A stretch of DNA of 63,285 nucleotides, counting the filler, from Welwitschia mirabilis (taxonomy: Eukaryota): NCBI GenBank assembly GCA_051453625.1. It is 5 parts of one record of this genome, joined end to end, with 100 filler letters (N's around TTAATTAATTAA, not from the genome) between each part and the next. Parts side by side here need not be neighbours in the genome. Positions count along the whole stretch, not along the records: positions 1 to 5,070 come from JBOZIK010000001.1; positions 5,171 to 22,269 come from JBOZIK010000001.1; 3 more parts are not named here. One strand, written 5' to 3'. This document shows, in pieces, positions 1 through 12,082 of the stretch. The notes below the pieces were generated by a model. That model was not told the DNA's origin, made no database searches, and was given only the letters and a program-made list of their open reading frames with translations. How positions within the stretch are numbered: position 1 is the stretch's first letter; each line of letters opens with the position of its first letter. The translations under genes were made by a program, and so were the position numbers.

Positions 1-1504
1 AATAATAATATTGATCAATAACAAGCTATAAGAGCTTGTGTAAGAGGTAAAAGTGATGTATGAATGACAAAAGAAATATTATTTATGACTTATGCACCTA
101 TATTAGATGAGTAATCTTCTTGCTTAAATTAACAAGATAAATTATATGCATCACTTCATTATGCTAGTTCTTTCTTAATCCTTCATAGGCTCATAATTAA
201 TCTAGAACATATTTAAAATGCATTGGAAGAACAAATGTACCAATTCAAAATTGTCATGTGACATAATAAGAAAAATAATATTTTATGCATAAAGTACTTC
301 CACAAATAGTAATAATGATAAAAAATCATAGNNNNNNNNNNNNNNNNNNNNNNNNNNNNNNNNNNNNNNNNNNNNNNNNNNNNNNNNNNNNNNNNNNNNN
401 NNNNNNNNNNNNNNNNNNNNNNNNNNNNNNNNNNNNNNNNNNNNNNNNNNNNNNNNNNNNNNNNNNNNNNNNNNNNNNNNNNNNNNNNNNNNNNNNNNNN
501 NNNNNNNNNNNNNNNNNNNNNNNNNNNNNNNNNNNNNNNNNNNNNNNNNNNNNNNNNNNNNNNNNNNNNNNNNNNNNNNNNNNNNNNNNNNNNNNNNNNN
601 NNNNNNNNNNNNNNNNNNNNNNNNNNNNNNNNNNNNNNNNNNNNNNNNNNNNNNNNNNNNNNNNNNNNNNNNNNNNNNNNNNNNNNNNNNNNNNNNNNNN
701 NNNNNNNNNNNNNNNNNNNNNNNNNNNNNNNNNNNNNNNNNNNNNNNNNNNNNNNNNNNNNNNNNNNNNNNNNNNNNNNNNNNNNNNNNNNNNNNNNNNN
801 NNNNNNNNNNNNNNNNNNNNNNNNNNNNNNNNNNNNNNNNNNNNNNNNNNNNNNNNNNNNNNNNNNNNNNNNNNNNNNNNNNNNNNNNNNNNNNNNNNNN
901 NNNNNNNNNNNNNNNNNNNNNNNNNNNNNNNNNNNNNNNNNNNNNNNNNNNNNNNNNNNNNNNNNNNNNTAGTTGAACATAGTACTCTTAATTATTATTC
1001 TTTCACTTTTACCAAGTAATTTTAGTTTCTTTTAAAACTTGAATAATACACATGAATAAATTATTAAAATAAATATGTTACATGTTCTTTTTTTTGTAGA
1101 CATTATTTTACATCTTCATATGATTTTTTTCTAATTTAACTATTTAACCATGAAAAATAACTTGCCTAATCATAAATAAGTTTATTTGGTATTAAAGTTC
1201 TTATAAACATTATTATAACTTAAAATAATAAATTGCCCAAAAGTAAGATTAAATAATTAAGTAACCTTATGAGTATGTATAATATTTGACTTACAATACA
1301 TTATCAATTATAGGGCTACACATAAATTCTCAATAAAAAGAATTTTTATTAAAATTGATATCGAAATGTATTACATAGTTTAGAAACTCTATTAATTAAA
1401 GTTTACAAAATGTGAATTATAACATAATCCCCCACTTACAAAAGATTCACTCTTGGGAATCAAAGTACATAATGATTTAGAAGTCTAAGATTATATATAA
1501 TGGG

Positions 1505-4500
1505 ATTCAAAAAGACTTAGGTATTGATTTTTCATTGATTCTTCTAGCTCCCAAGTAGCTTCATATGGACTATGGTTACTCCATTTTATCTTTACTTAAT
1601 GGATCTTCTTGTTCTGCAAATTAATAGTTCATTGGTCCAACACTGCTTCTAGCTCTTCTATAATTAAACAATCAGGCTTCACCTGAATATGAGACCAATT
1701 TAACACATGAGAAGGATCTGCAATATATTTTTTTAGCATATTCACATGAAAAACATTATGCATGTGCAATAATTGGGGCAGTAGAGTAAGTCTATATGTA
1801 ATAGGTCCAATACATTCCAATATCTAAAATGGTCCAATAAATCTGAGGGTTAGTTTTGATCTCTTGACTTCTTGCATAATTGATTTCATTAGTGATACCT
1901 TGAGGAAGACATGATCATCTACTTGGAATTCAAGGTCTCTTCTTCGATGATCTGCATACATATTTTGCCTATATGCTAATTCCTTTAATTTATTCTTGAT
2001 GATTCTCATCTTATTTTCTATTTCTTGTAACATTTTTGGTCCTATTGTCAATCTTTCCTCAGGTTCTGTCTATATAGTGGGTGATCTGCATTTTCTATCA
2101 TATAAAGCTTCAAATGGAGCCATTTGAATAAAACTTTAATAACTATTATTATATGTAAATTTCACTAATAGCAGGTATTCTTCCCAACTCTTAGGATTAT
2201 TAAGAACATATGCTCTAAGAAGATCCTCTAGGATTTCATTAACTCTTTCAGCCTGACTATCTATTTGAGGATGAAATGTTGTGCTCATATTTAGCTTAGT
2301 TCTTAATCCTAATTGTAATTCTTGCCAAAATTTAGAGGTAAATTTTGAGTCTCTATTAAAAATAATCACTAAGGTTATACCATGTAAACAAATAACATTT
2401 TGAAGGTACACTTTAGCTATATCCTTAGCACTATAAGTGGACTTTACTAGAATGAAATGTNNNNNNNNNNNNNNNNNNNNNNNNNNNNNNNNNNNNNNNN
2501 NNNNNNNNNNNNNNNNNNNNNNNNNNNNNNNNNNNNNNNNNNNNNNNNNNNNNNNNNNNNNNNNNNNNNNNNNNNNNNNNNNNNNNNNNNNNNNNNNNNN
2601 NNNNNNNNNNNNNNNNNNNNNNNNNNNNNNNNNNNNNNNNNNNNNNNNNNNNNNNNNNNNNNNNNNNNNNNNNNNNNNNNNNNNNNNNNNNNNNNNNNNN
2701 NNNNNNNNNNNNNNNNNNNNNNNNNNNNNNNNNNNNNNNNNNNNNNNNNNNNNNNNNNNNNNNNNNNNNNNNNNNNNNNNNNNNNNNNNNNNNNNNNNNN
2801 NNNNNNNNNNNNNNNNNNNNNNNNNNNNNNNNNNNNNNNNNNNNNNNNNNNNNNNNNNNNNNNNNNNNNNNNNNNNNNNNNNNNNNNNNNNNNNNNNNNN
2901 NNNNNNNNNNNNNNNNNNNNNNNNNNNNNNNNNNNNNNNNNNNNNNNNNNNNNNNNNNNNNNNNNNNNNNNNNNNNNNNNNNNNNNNNNNNNNNNNNNNN
3001 NNNNNNNNNNNNNNNNNNNNNNNNNNNNNNNNNNNNNNNNNNNNNNNNNNNNNNNNNNNNNNNNNNNNNNNNNNNNNNNNNNNNNNNNNNNNNNNNNNNN
3101 NNNNNNNNNNNNNNNNNNNNNNNNNNNNNNNNNNNNNNNNNNNNNNNNNNNNNNNNNNNNNNNNNNNNNNNNNNNNNNNNNNNNNNNNNNNNNNNNNNNN
3201 NNNNNNNNNNNNNNNNNNNNNNNNNNNNNNNNNNNNNNNNNNNNNNNNNNNNNNNNNTTTAAGATGATCAAAGGATTGCTGACATTTTTCTATCCACTGA
3301 AAATCTTTATTTTTCCTTAAGAGACTTGTTAGAGAAGAAGCTATCTTAGAGAAGTCGAAGATGAATTGATGATAATACCTAGTAAGACCAATAAAGCTTC
3401 TAACTTCAGTAATAGTTATAGGTTTTGGCCATTCCATAATTGCCTTAACTTTATCTGGATCAACTGAAATACCTTTCTTAGATACTACATGACCCAAGAA
3501 CTAAATGGATTCCTTCCAAAAGGAACATTTCTCTATGTTAGCATATAGTCTATGATTTATTAAAGTGTCTAAGACTATTCTTAAGTGTTTCTCATATTCC
3601 TCATAAGACTTAAAATAAATGAGAATGCTATTAATGAAAACAATTATAAAGGAGTCAAGATATATTTAGAAGATGTGATTCATAAGATTCATGAATATTA
3701 TAGGGGCATTGATTAAATCAAAAGGCATGATAGTGAACTCATAATACCCATAGCGAGTTTTGAAATTTGTTATATGAATATATTCTTCCTTAATTCGAAC
3801 TTGATGACATCCAGATTTTAAATCAACTTTGGAAAATACCTTAGCTTTATTCAGTTGATCAAAGAGGTCATCTATTGTTAGTAATGAATATTTGTTCTTA
3901 ATTGTAACTTTATTTAACTGTTTTTAATCAATGCACAACCTAAGTGTTCCATCCTTCTTCTTTACAAATAATACTGATGAACCCCATGGTGATACACTAG
4001 GATAAATAAAACCTTTTTGTAGAAGTTCTTCAAGCTAAATTTTTAATTCTTTCTTTTATGTAGGAGACATTCTATAAGGTGCCTTGGAAATAGGTTGAGT
4101 TCCTGGAATCAAATCAATAGCAAACTTAACTTCTTGAATAGGTGGCATTCCTCATAGTTTTGTTGGAATACTTAGGAGGGATTCATTTCTTATTTTCTTG
4201 ATGTCTTTACCAATTTTACTCTACTATTTTTATGTTCTCTATAGCCTTAGCTAAAGTTCTAAGTTGGAACATAGATACTTTAGCAGCAACTAAAGGAAAT
4301 AGACTATTAATAAAAAGATTTGCTTTGGCTTCTTCATCAAGATTCATGTGTGATACATATCTTCAGAGTTCCAAAAATTTACATTCACGAGAAGCTATGG
4401 TTACATTAGGTGCTTCCCTAAGATTGTAGAATTCGATAACATTTTGACAAATGTAAAACTTGGTAATATACTTTTCTTTAAATATGTGCTCAAACTCTCT

Positions 4501-4960
4501 CCATGAAAGTTCCACCTCACCTAGCTTTACCCTCTCTATTTTCCATCATAAGTTAGCTTCTCCTTATAACATGTAGATATCTAAAGAAGCCTCTTCATAT
4601 TCATCACATCCTAAGGTGCCTATAACCTTTTCAACATCACTTAGTCATGCTTCTGCTTTTGATGGATTTGAAACTCCTATAAAGTTTGGTGGATTTAACT
4701 TAATAAATGTTTGAATTAACTTTCTCATATCCACATCCTTATTAGGTTAATTGGTACCATTATTTATTTGTGGAGTTTAATCTTAATTTACTATTTATAA
4801 TAGAAATTACATGAATGCATTCATTAATGCCTCTGGATTAAAAGTAATAGAAGGTTAATTTCTATTATTATATTGTTGATTATCTCATGAGTTATCTTAA
4901 TGTTCACTAGTTGGTGTAATTGAATTAGCCCCAAGACTTGGTTGAGGACAATGAGCCATG
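1505..4960 (-). pseudogene. Disrupted gag-pol (gag, RT, RNase H linker, integrase, chromodomain)
   Basis: [33 protein letters not shown] (RT end). The RT catalytic VFIDDIL motif is mutated to VFINSIL at about 3621-3641. Integrase: RDSKFTSKFW, STTFHPQIDSQAERVN, HNVFHVNMLKKY. Chromodomain: VKIKWSNHSPYEATWE at about 1545-1597. Many stops and frameshifts. Confidence 0.92.
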
Positions 4961-5070
4961 TGGAAGGAGTAAAAATTATTATCAATTTGGTTAATAAGAG
5001 GATAAAGATTAGATTAAAAGTTAAAGTTCATATGACTATTAGGTAATTAATTTAAATTAAATGATCAAGT

Positions 5071-5170
5071 NNNNNNNNNNNNNNNNNNNNNNNNNNNNNN
5101 NNNNNNNNNNNNNNTTAATTAATTAANNNNNNNNNNNNNNNNNNNNNNNNNNNNNNNNNNNNNNNNNNNN
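5071..5170. other. Synthetic scaffold spacer N44-TTAATTAATTAA-N44 (also at 22270-22369, 54068-54167, 59936-60035)
   Basis: The identical 100-nt construct occurs four times and puts stops in all six frames. Confidence 0.97.
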
Positions 5171-5244
5171 AAAATTCATATCGAAATGTATTACATAGTT
5201 TAGAAACTCTATTAATTAAAGCTTATAAAATGTGGGTTATAACA

Positions 5245-6017
5245 AGCAGTATGGCTATACAATCAGTATCATTTCCTTTCCTATGTTCTCCCACTATTTA
5301 TTTACATTTTGAAAGACTCTAATGTTCCTCTCTTTCTAAATACTATAGATAGTAGCATAAAATAATTTTCTACACCTCTTTACAAACTGTGTTCCTCCCT
5401 CGACTGTCGTTGAGAACTAGGCCAAAAGTTGAAACCAACTTGTACATTTATGATTTAATTTCAGAAAAGTACAAACAAAAGACCAAAGTTGCTATGTAAA
5501 AGAATAATGAAATAGCAGGTAGTCAATGATCTCAGGTTGCTGTAAACATAAGGCACAAAGAATGTCCACCTGCAAACCCCAAGAGGCCAAGATAGATTTG
5601 ACTAATAGCTTGCCATGAGCTGCTACCTAGCTAATAAAGACATGTCTGGGAAAAGGAGAGCACTCCCACACTGTTTTACACCAAACCACCTTGTCTCTTA
5701 GTTGTGACATCAATTTATATAGCCTCCTCAAATAGAATTTGTCTTGCAAGTTTTGGAAATGATGTTGGACTAGTGGCCTAATGTCCAGTAGTTGGTTAAA
5801 TCACTAAGAGTAACTTCTCTTCCTCCGCATCTGCCATATCCTAGCATCCTTAACATAATAATTATGAATTCATTGGATTCATAGAGTGGCCTTCTCATGC
5901 ATAATGTCCCACAGGTATCTAGAGATTGCTATAATGTTCCATATCTCCAAGTATTTGAAGTGGATATCTCTTTAATCTCTTTGGTGGTGCCATTTCTTGA
6001 AAGAGTTAAAAGTAATC
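5245..6017 (-). mobile_element. L1-like LINE ORF2 3' fragment (zf-RVT region), interrupted by the Tekay element
   Basis: Minus-strand translation of about 5700-5480 reads KVVWCKTVWECSPFPRHVFIS*VAAHGKLLVKSILASWGLQVDILCALCLQQPEIIDYLLFHYSFT*QLW, typical of plant L1 zf-RVT. Confidence 0.8.
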
Positions 6018-6118
6018 TNNNNNNNNNNNNNNNNNNNNNNNNNNNNNNNNNNNNNNNNNNNNNNNNNNNNNNNNNNNNNNNNNNNNNNNNNNNNNNNNNN
6101 NNNNNNNNNNNNNNNNNN

Positions 6119-7000
6119 ATCTTGTATTAGTTAGTCTACTACTAAAGTGACATATTTGCTACTAACCTAGCATGTAAAGAAGCAATCTCATTTTTAAGTC
6201 TAATAGCTAAACTTGAAATTAATGAGGCTAGAGTATTATGATAACAAAAGTGCTATTAGCATATCTAGAATCCCTATATTTCACTCTTGAATGAAGCATA
6301 TTGAGATACAATGCCACTACATATTTCAAAACATTAAGATGAAAATGATTCTTTTATAAAATATTACTATAGAAGAAAATCTTATTGACATACTCACGAG
6401 GTAAACTCCTACTAAAAAGTTCATATAACAGTAATTAACATTTGGTCATTTTGAGACCTAATTTTGTAAAGAGGTCTAGACTGTTATCAAGGCATCTTTA
6501 CCTTTAAAAGGGAGAATTTATAAAGCTAAATCAACATGAGGCAGGTGATTAAAGGAAAATATGCCTTAATACATAAACTTCTAGATTCTCTTATTCTATT
6601 GTTACCATTCTAGTTTCCACATGTCATGTTATGATGTTATCCCAAAATAGAACAAATGATATTTAGAACCCTAAACTATTACTCCCATTTCAACTACCAA
6701 ATTATCTTCTATGAAGTTATTCAAAAATAGAGAAACCTATATTTAGAACTCTAAATAATATATAAAGGCTTTAAGAAATATGCCTATGTATTATTAATTA
6801 CTCATTATTTTTTAGTATTATTCATCTTCTCAGCAAATCATAAATTCCTCCACTTCCAAGGTAAAATAATTCAAGGCTAAGCTACTAGTGGTCTAGCAAC
6901 TGATTTTTTTGGTTTTTTTAACCTTAAAAGTTTTCCCAAGGTAATTTCATGTCTTTCATTTTCAATGCATTTTTAAATTCTATTTTTTTATTTTGGATAA
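6119..7000 (+). mobile_element. Ty1/copia RNase H C-terminus, PPT and probable 3' LTR (right end approximate)
   Basis: YYDNKSAISISRIPIFHS*MKHIEIQCHYI at about 6234-6323, purine tract AAAAGGGAGAA at 6506-6516, then LTR-like sequence with TATATAAA near 6759. Confidence 0.72.
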
Positions 7001-7024
7001 TAGAAATTATATCAATGCACATTT

Positions 7025-8960
7025 TGGATTAAAACACCACACCAAGGAGTTGAAGCCTTGATGTTAATTACAAATACCTATAAAAACTATGAAATAATGA
7101 ATACTCATGTGACATTTAAAAGATAGATTCCAATCTCCTCTTGCCTCCTATAAATAAATTTAAAATGGTTAAAATGACATATTGCCTCATCAATGATGAA
7201 GAACATATGCCCTTTAGAAAATCCATTTCTTTCTCATGTCACCAAAATGACTCACCTGGCTGTCTCTTCCACTTCATCTAATAAATGGATTTGGGAAGTT
7301 TTACTTTTGCTATCTTACTTGACAATAATGAAGCAAAATCATCAATTGAGTCTATAAAAGGAATATAAGTATTTACTCTTACATTGTTTCATGTTGTAGC
7401 CACTTATTTTCAAAAAATACCATTCTACTTTATGTAAACCTTCTTATCAAAGAATCTTAAACTAGAAATTACTAGCTATTAACCAAAAATGACATTAATC
7501 CTATCATTCTTAGTAAGATAAATCTTATCAAATAATTAACATAATTTCAATCTGAAGTTAGATTGTTATATTTGTTTCTTTGTAAAAGAAAAACTATAGA
7601 ATACTACTTTTAATTTTGATTATAATGAAAGTCTAATTTAAAGATTGGTAATTAATATTATTTATTTGAGGATGTTAAACTCAAAAGATGTGCAAGTACA
7701 ACTACCACCATTTCCAAAAGAATGATATAATTAAAAGAAGAAATATATAATCCAAAGTGATATAATTAAATAGTGCAAATTTATCACTTTGTGTTATTTA
7801 CAGATGGTTTATTATACATAATATACTCATTAATTACTTTTTTGAGGTTTTTAATTAAATTGCATGTTAAGGGATAAACAAATACCTTAGTTAAGTTTCT
7901 TTCAATTTGATTATTATAAATAGAAAATTTTCAGATTTTTATAACTATTAGGTTTTCAACATTTTATTTGTTTTATAACAAAACCTCCTTTAAATAGGTT
8001 TCTTTTCGTTTTTCTTATTAACAAGAAGGAATTCAAATAAAATAATTTTACCTTTGAGAAGTTTGTTTTAAGCTTTTCGTTTTTGTGGAAATTCCTATCC
8101 TTATATACATGGGTTGCTGAACTATCTCTAGTATTTTTCACTATCCATTTTCAAGCTAAGGAAGATAGCTAAGTTGTGTATGGTATAATTAGTTATCTTT
8201 GGCTTTATGTTACTTTGCAATGTTTGGTAAAACAAAAATATTATTTTTTGTTACTATTTTATCTATTTGTTACATGTATTAAAATTCTATACCACTTTTA
8301 GATGTAACGAAGTTTTGGTGCTTAGAAAATATAATTATTAGTTATTTTATTTGTAATAGTTGATCAAGTTTTTCATTTGATATAAGTTTTTGATAGATTT
8401 TGTACTTTAGAACAGGTAGAAGAGTATTGTAAAGGTAGCTCTACACTTGGCTTGTTAGGTAATCATTTGAAAGTAGTAGAGCCTAGGATAGATAGGGCCT
8501 ATCCTCTTGGATTCAAACCTAGGTTTGGAGGGAGGGAACCTGAGCTCTTCACCACCGGGATGAGGGTCAATGCTCTGATTAAAGTATTTCTATTAATTAC
8601 AAACACTTACAAGAAATGTGAAATCAAAAATATATGTGAATGGTGATGGGTATTTGCCAAACCCCCATTTTCATCTTTCAAATGTATTTAGGGTGGGTAA
8701 AATAGGAGATTAACTTGTCAAGAATGGAAAAAGCATACCCTCTTGCAAATACATCTCTTTCATAAAGTATATTAGCAGCATCTCTTAGTTGGCTATCTTC
8801 TCTGTCTAATTGATTATTAATTTCTTCTCAAGCAGATAAGACAAGTAGAGAAATGAGTTGGGTAGTTTTGTTTTTAAGATGTTAGTTGACAATAAGTTAA
8901 GCAAAATCATCAATTAACTTTATAAAAGAAATATGAATTTTAGTTTTGGTTATATTTGAG
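7025..8960 (+). repeat. Degenerate ~1.6-kb repeat unit (copy set 1)
   Basis: The motif CTTAGTTGAYAATAAxTxAAGCAAAATCATCAATT..TATAAAAGGAATAT recurs at about 7310, 8880, 16475 and 18097. The span 7300-8960 aligns colinearly with about 16460-18160. Confidence 0.8.
8430..8570 (-). mobile_element. tRNA-derived SINE-like relic
   Basis: GC-richer patch with a B-box-like GGTTTGAATCC (minus strand of 8509-8519) downstream of an A-box-like segment. It is absent from the paralogous repeat copy near 17720-17790. Confidence 0.4.
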
Positions 8961-9109
8961 CTTTCAATTTTATGGTTCTACATGAAGTAAGCTTCATGAA
9001 GACTCTTAGCTAATGCCAATCCTTGTTCTTAAGCTACTTCTTAGATAGACTCAATGAATATAATGATTCATCATGGCTATTTCATTATCCTTGCATGTAA
9101 TCGTTGTAA

Positions 9110-10040
9110 TAAAATCTTCAAAGTATTTAGTTTGATATTAAGTTTTCTATTGAGAGTGCCCATAGAGAATGTGTTATGAAGGTTTTCTAGAATGTCATTA
9201 AAATTAGATTATAGTGCTTCAAAGAATCTGTTCAAGTATTAGTGCATTAACCCACTTGCATTGTTTCCAAATCTACTTTAGTATTTTAGTGTTTTGTAAA
9301 TTTCTAAATCCCTTACACTGCTAAAAATGGAAGCTTCATAGATGATGATTGTGGTAGTTGCAATAAAACCATGCTATGATATTTTTAATCCATGTCAATT
9401 CTAATGAAAAGGGGGTTCCTGGATACTCTTACAAATAGCCTTGGTTTTATTCTAATTAATGTCTAATAGGTTTAAGAAATCATATATAACATAAATATGA
9501 TTATTTTAAAATAAGAAGGCAAATTTGGCATACTAGTTGATCATAATGCCAACATCATGGCCAACAATAGTAACTCTCTAAATTTTTTACTTCTTTATTG
9601 TTATTCTAAAGCAAAAGGTAATAAATAAATAAAGATTTAATGAAAAGCTTAAGTAAAAAAACTTTTCTACAATTATAAGAATAGAAGGAATTAAACATGT
9701 TAATATAGATCATCTTCTGATTACATTTTTTCTAATAACTACAAGTAACTTAGTTTAATTTATGTGATCATTTTCATGAAAATGATAACTATATCATAAA
9801 CAATATACATCAAAATATTCACTTAAATAGAATAAGGCAAATTAGTTTTTTGCTTTAATGCGTCTCCCATTTAGGCATAAATATATTATTTTTTAATTAC
9901 TTGAATAGAAGCTATTTTTTTCCTCCAAAATTAGAGTTCTAAAAAAGTTGATTTTTCACACATTAAAATGGGTTCTCTTCGAACCTATGTATACGAAAAA
10001 TGGAGATGACCCTTCAGTATATTAGATATCTTGAAAATTC
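9110..10040 (+). repeat. AT-eroded duplicate of the region downstream of GIF (23260-24460)
   Basis: Colinear matches, e.g. CATGGCCAACAATAGTAAC (9556) vs CATGGCCAAGAATAGTAAT (23897), GGTTTAAGAAATCATAT vs GGTTTAAGAAACCATAT, and TCTCCCATTTAGGCA vs TCTCCCATGTAGGCA. Confidence 0.85.
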
Positions 10041-10271
10041 TATAAATATAAGGGCATGATTTTCTAACATATAAATGTCATTAGAAAAACCACTTACTAT
10101 ATAATGTAATCTAATCATTTTTTGAAGTAGAAATAAATGTGCATGTAGTTATTGCAATGCCTAATTGTAAAAGACTTCCATGTGACATTTTTCCTTCTTG
10201 TTAATTAAGTTTTCGAGCTTCTTTTAAATCCCATTATTATGTTAAGCTTAGAGTTGTAGTAAAAAACAAAA

Positions 10272-10380
10272 TGGGTGGTAGTCAAACTAGTGGAACACTC
10301 ATCCTTTATTTAAGAGGACATAGATTCAAACCTTTAGATATCCTATTTGGCATACTATAAGGCCTTATTCATAATAAATA
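10272..10380 (+). mobile_element. tRNA-derived SINE-like relic
   Basis: A-box-like TAGTCAAACTAGTGG followed about 30 nt later by B-box-like AGATTCAAACC. Resembles the 5' end of the element at 31016. Confidence 0.35.
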
Positions 10381-10860
10381 CATCCATTTAGCTGATTCTA
10401 ATGGATGCACTTTCAAGAGAGGTATAGTTGCTAAATTTTTTGAGTTCAATTTCCATCATAGTTATTATGAAGATATTATATGCATAGTTGGAATTGCACT
10501 ATAAATATAAGTTCATCATTGTCATTTGTGGCTGAATTGATGGAGATAGATCCCACATTATACACAAAGTGTGAGAAAATAAAACTATTAATTTGGTATA
10601 CTGTAAGTCATAACTTATGATAAATCTGTGCCAATCACTAGCCTATGTTGTTGCAACAATAAGGACAATCTCCTACATGACATACAAAGCATAACCAATG
10701 GAGATGTGTAATAAGATTTCTACTATTAAAGTTCATGATATTATTTGTTGTTCTAACCGTATATAAAAACACTTTCTCTATTCATAGCTTTTATATCTCT
10801 AAAATGGGTACCTTAGTTACATGTATTGCATGTTTATTTGTTGGCATGTTCTTTTCAATT

Positions 10861-11294
10861 TGTGAATAATACATTATTATAAGTATATTTATCCTTTAAT
10901 CCTCAAATGATCCTTTGTTAGAGTGTGATGTAGCTAATACTAATTCCAACATGATGAAGTTACGAATCTCTATGAGAAGTGTAAGTCCCCACTATTGTAT
11001 AATATATATAACATAATTACTATGCTAACATTATTTCCTCTTTAAGTATGAGATTATTGATGTTTTCCTATCATCTTTTAATTTGTTGATAATACATTAT
11101 TATAAGTATATTCATCCTTTAACCCTCAAATGATTCTTTGTTAGAGTGTGATGTAGCTAATACTAATTCCAACATTATGAAGTTAGGAATCTCTATGAGA
11201 AATGTAAGCCCCTGCTATTGTATAATAATTATAACATAATTACTATGCTAATATTATTTCTTCTTTAAGTATGAGATTATTGATGTTTTCCTAT
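10861..11294. repeat. Tandem duplication, ~223-bp unit x2
   Basis: 10861-11071 is nearly identical to 11084-11294 (ATAATACATTATTATAAGTATATT...GAGATTATTGATGTTTTCCTAT). Confidence 0.95.
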
Positions 11295-12082
11295 AATAAC
11301 TATAATTATTATATTATAAAGATAATAAAATTAATAGTTAAAGTTTTACTTATATTTGGGTTCTCCATACCTCATCCAGAAGTGACCACTCCCTTCTTAT
11401 GATTGACCTTAGCTCCTCCTCCCTTGAGGAAAGTGAAATTTTTTATGAAGATGAAGCTTAACTATAGTTAATCAAAGAAGCTCTTAACTTGATGTTCAAG
11501 TGCCCTTTTAAAGTCTTGGATTTGTCTTACTGGGCCATAAATAAAGATGTTATCATGAATTTTTTTGCCTATGGAAATGTTCTTTTAAAGTCTTGGATTT
11601 ATCTCACTGCAACATAAAGAAAGATAATTTCAAGAAGCATTACTCCTTGTCTCTTAAGCTCCACCTTGACAGATACATGGCAAGTTAGCAATGGAAAATG
11701 AAAAAGCTGTTAATAAGATGTAGGAGCTCAATGCTAAGGTGAAGGTGCTCTAGCACCTGCAAGTAAGAAAAATGCTACGCGCTCAACATCTAGTGAGGTT
11801 TCTATACTGTAAGGTAAGGAATAACTAGCTCTATAAAGGATAGTAATCTTGAAACATCAAGCCTTCTATTAAGTACCATATATTAGCAACTTTTAGTGGT
11901 TTGATAAAAAATTTTTGATTTACTTGGAATTTATCACCACTATGGCCTACTTGTTTGTTGATTTGTTTGTTTGTTTTTTTTTTTAATCTTTTTTTTCCAA
12001 GTGGCAGTTCTACCTTTGCTTAAACTAAAGTGTTATTAGCTGTGCATTTTTATCGCAATGGAAGATTTTTGTGAGGGCATTT

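Larger units (their letters stand above)
970..5244 (-). mobile_element. Ty3/gypsy chromovirus (Tekay/Del-like) LTR retrotransposon, decayed; left end of 3' LTR not resolved
   Basis: Matching LTR starts on the minus strand at 5244 and 1424 (TGTTATAA...; 1351-1424 vs 5171-5244 differ at 5 of 74 nt). PPT AAGTGGGGGATTA lies at 1437-1425. Gag, RT, integrase and chromodomain remnants lie in between. Confidence 0.92.

Noticed and set aside
213..3320. Long ORFs made mostly of X (also at 20380-21420, 25179-26217, 43955-44825, 52051-52456)
   Set aside because: Artefacts of translating through N gaps.
5115..5126. TTAATTAATTAA palindrome recurring four times (also 22314, 54112, 59980)
   Set aside because: Always centred in exactly 44+44 Ns, so it is a synthetic scaffolding spacer, not biological.
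9075..9125. YFIILACNRCNKIF as an RPA1 zinc ribbon
   Set aside because: Short, and the adjoining sequence is an eroded copy of the 23-kb region, where no such motif is present.
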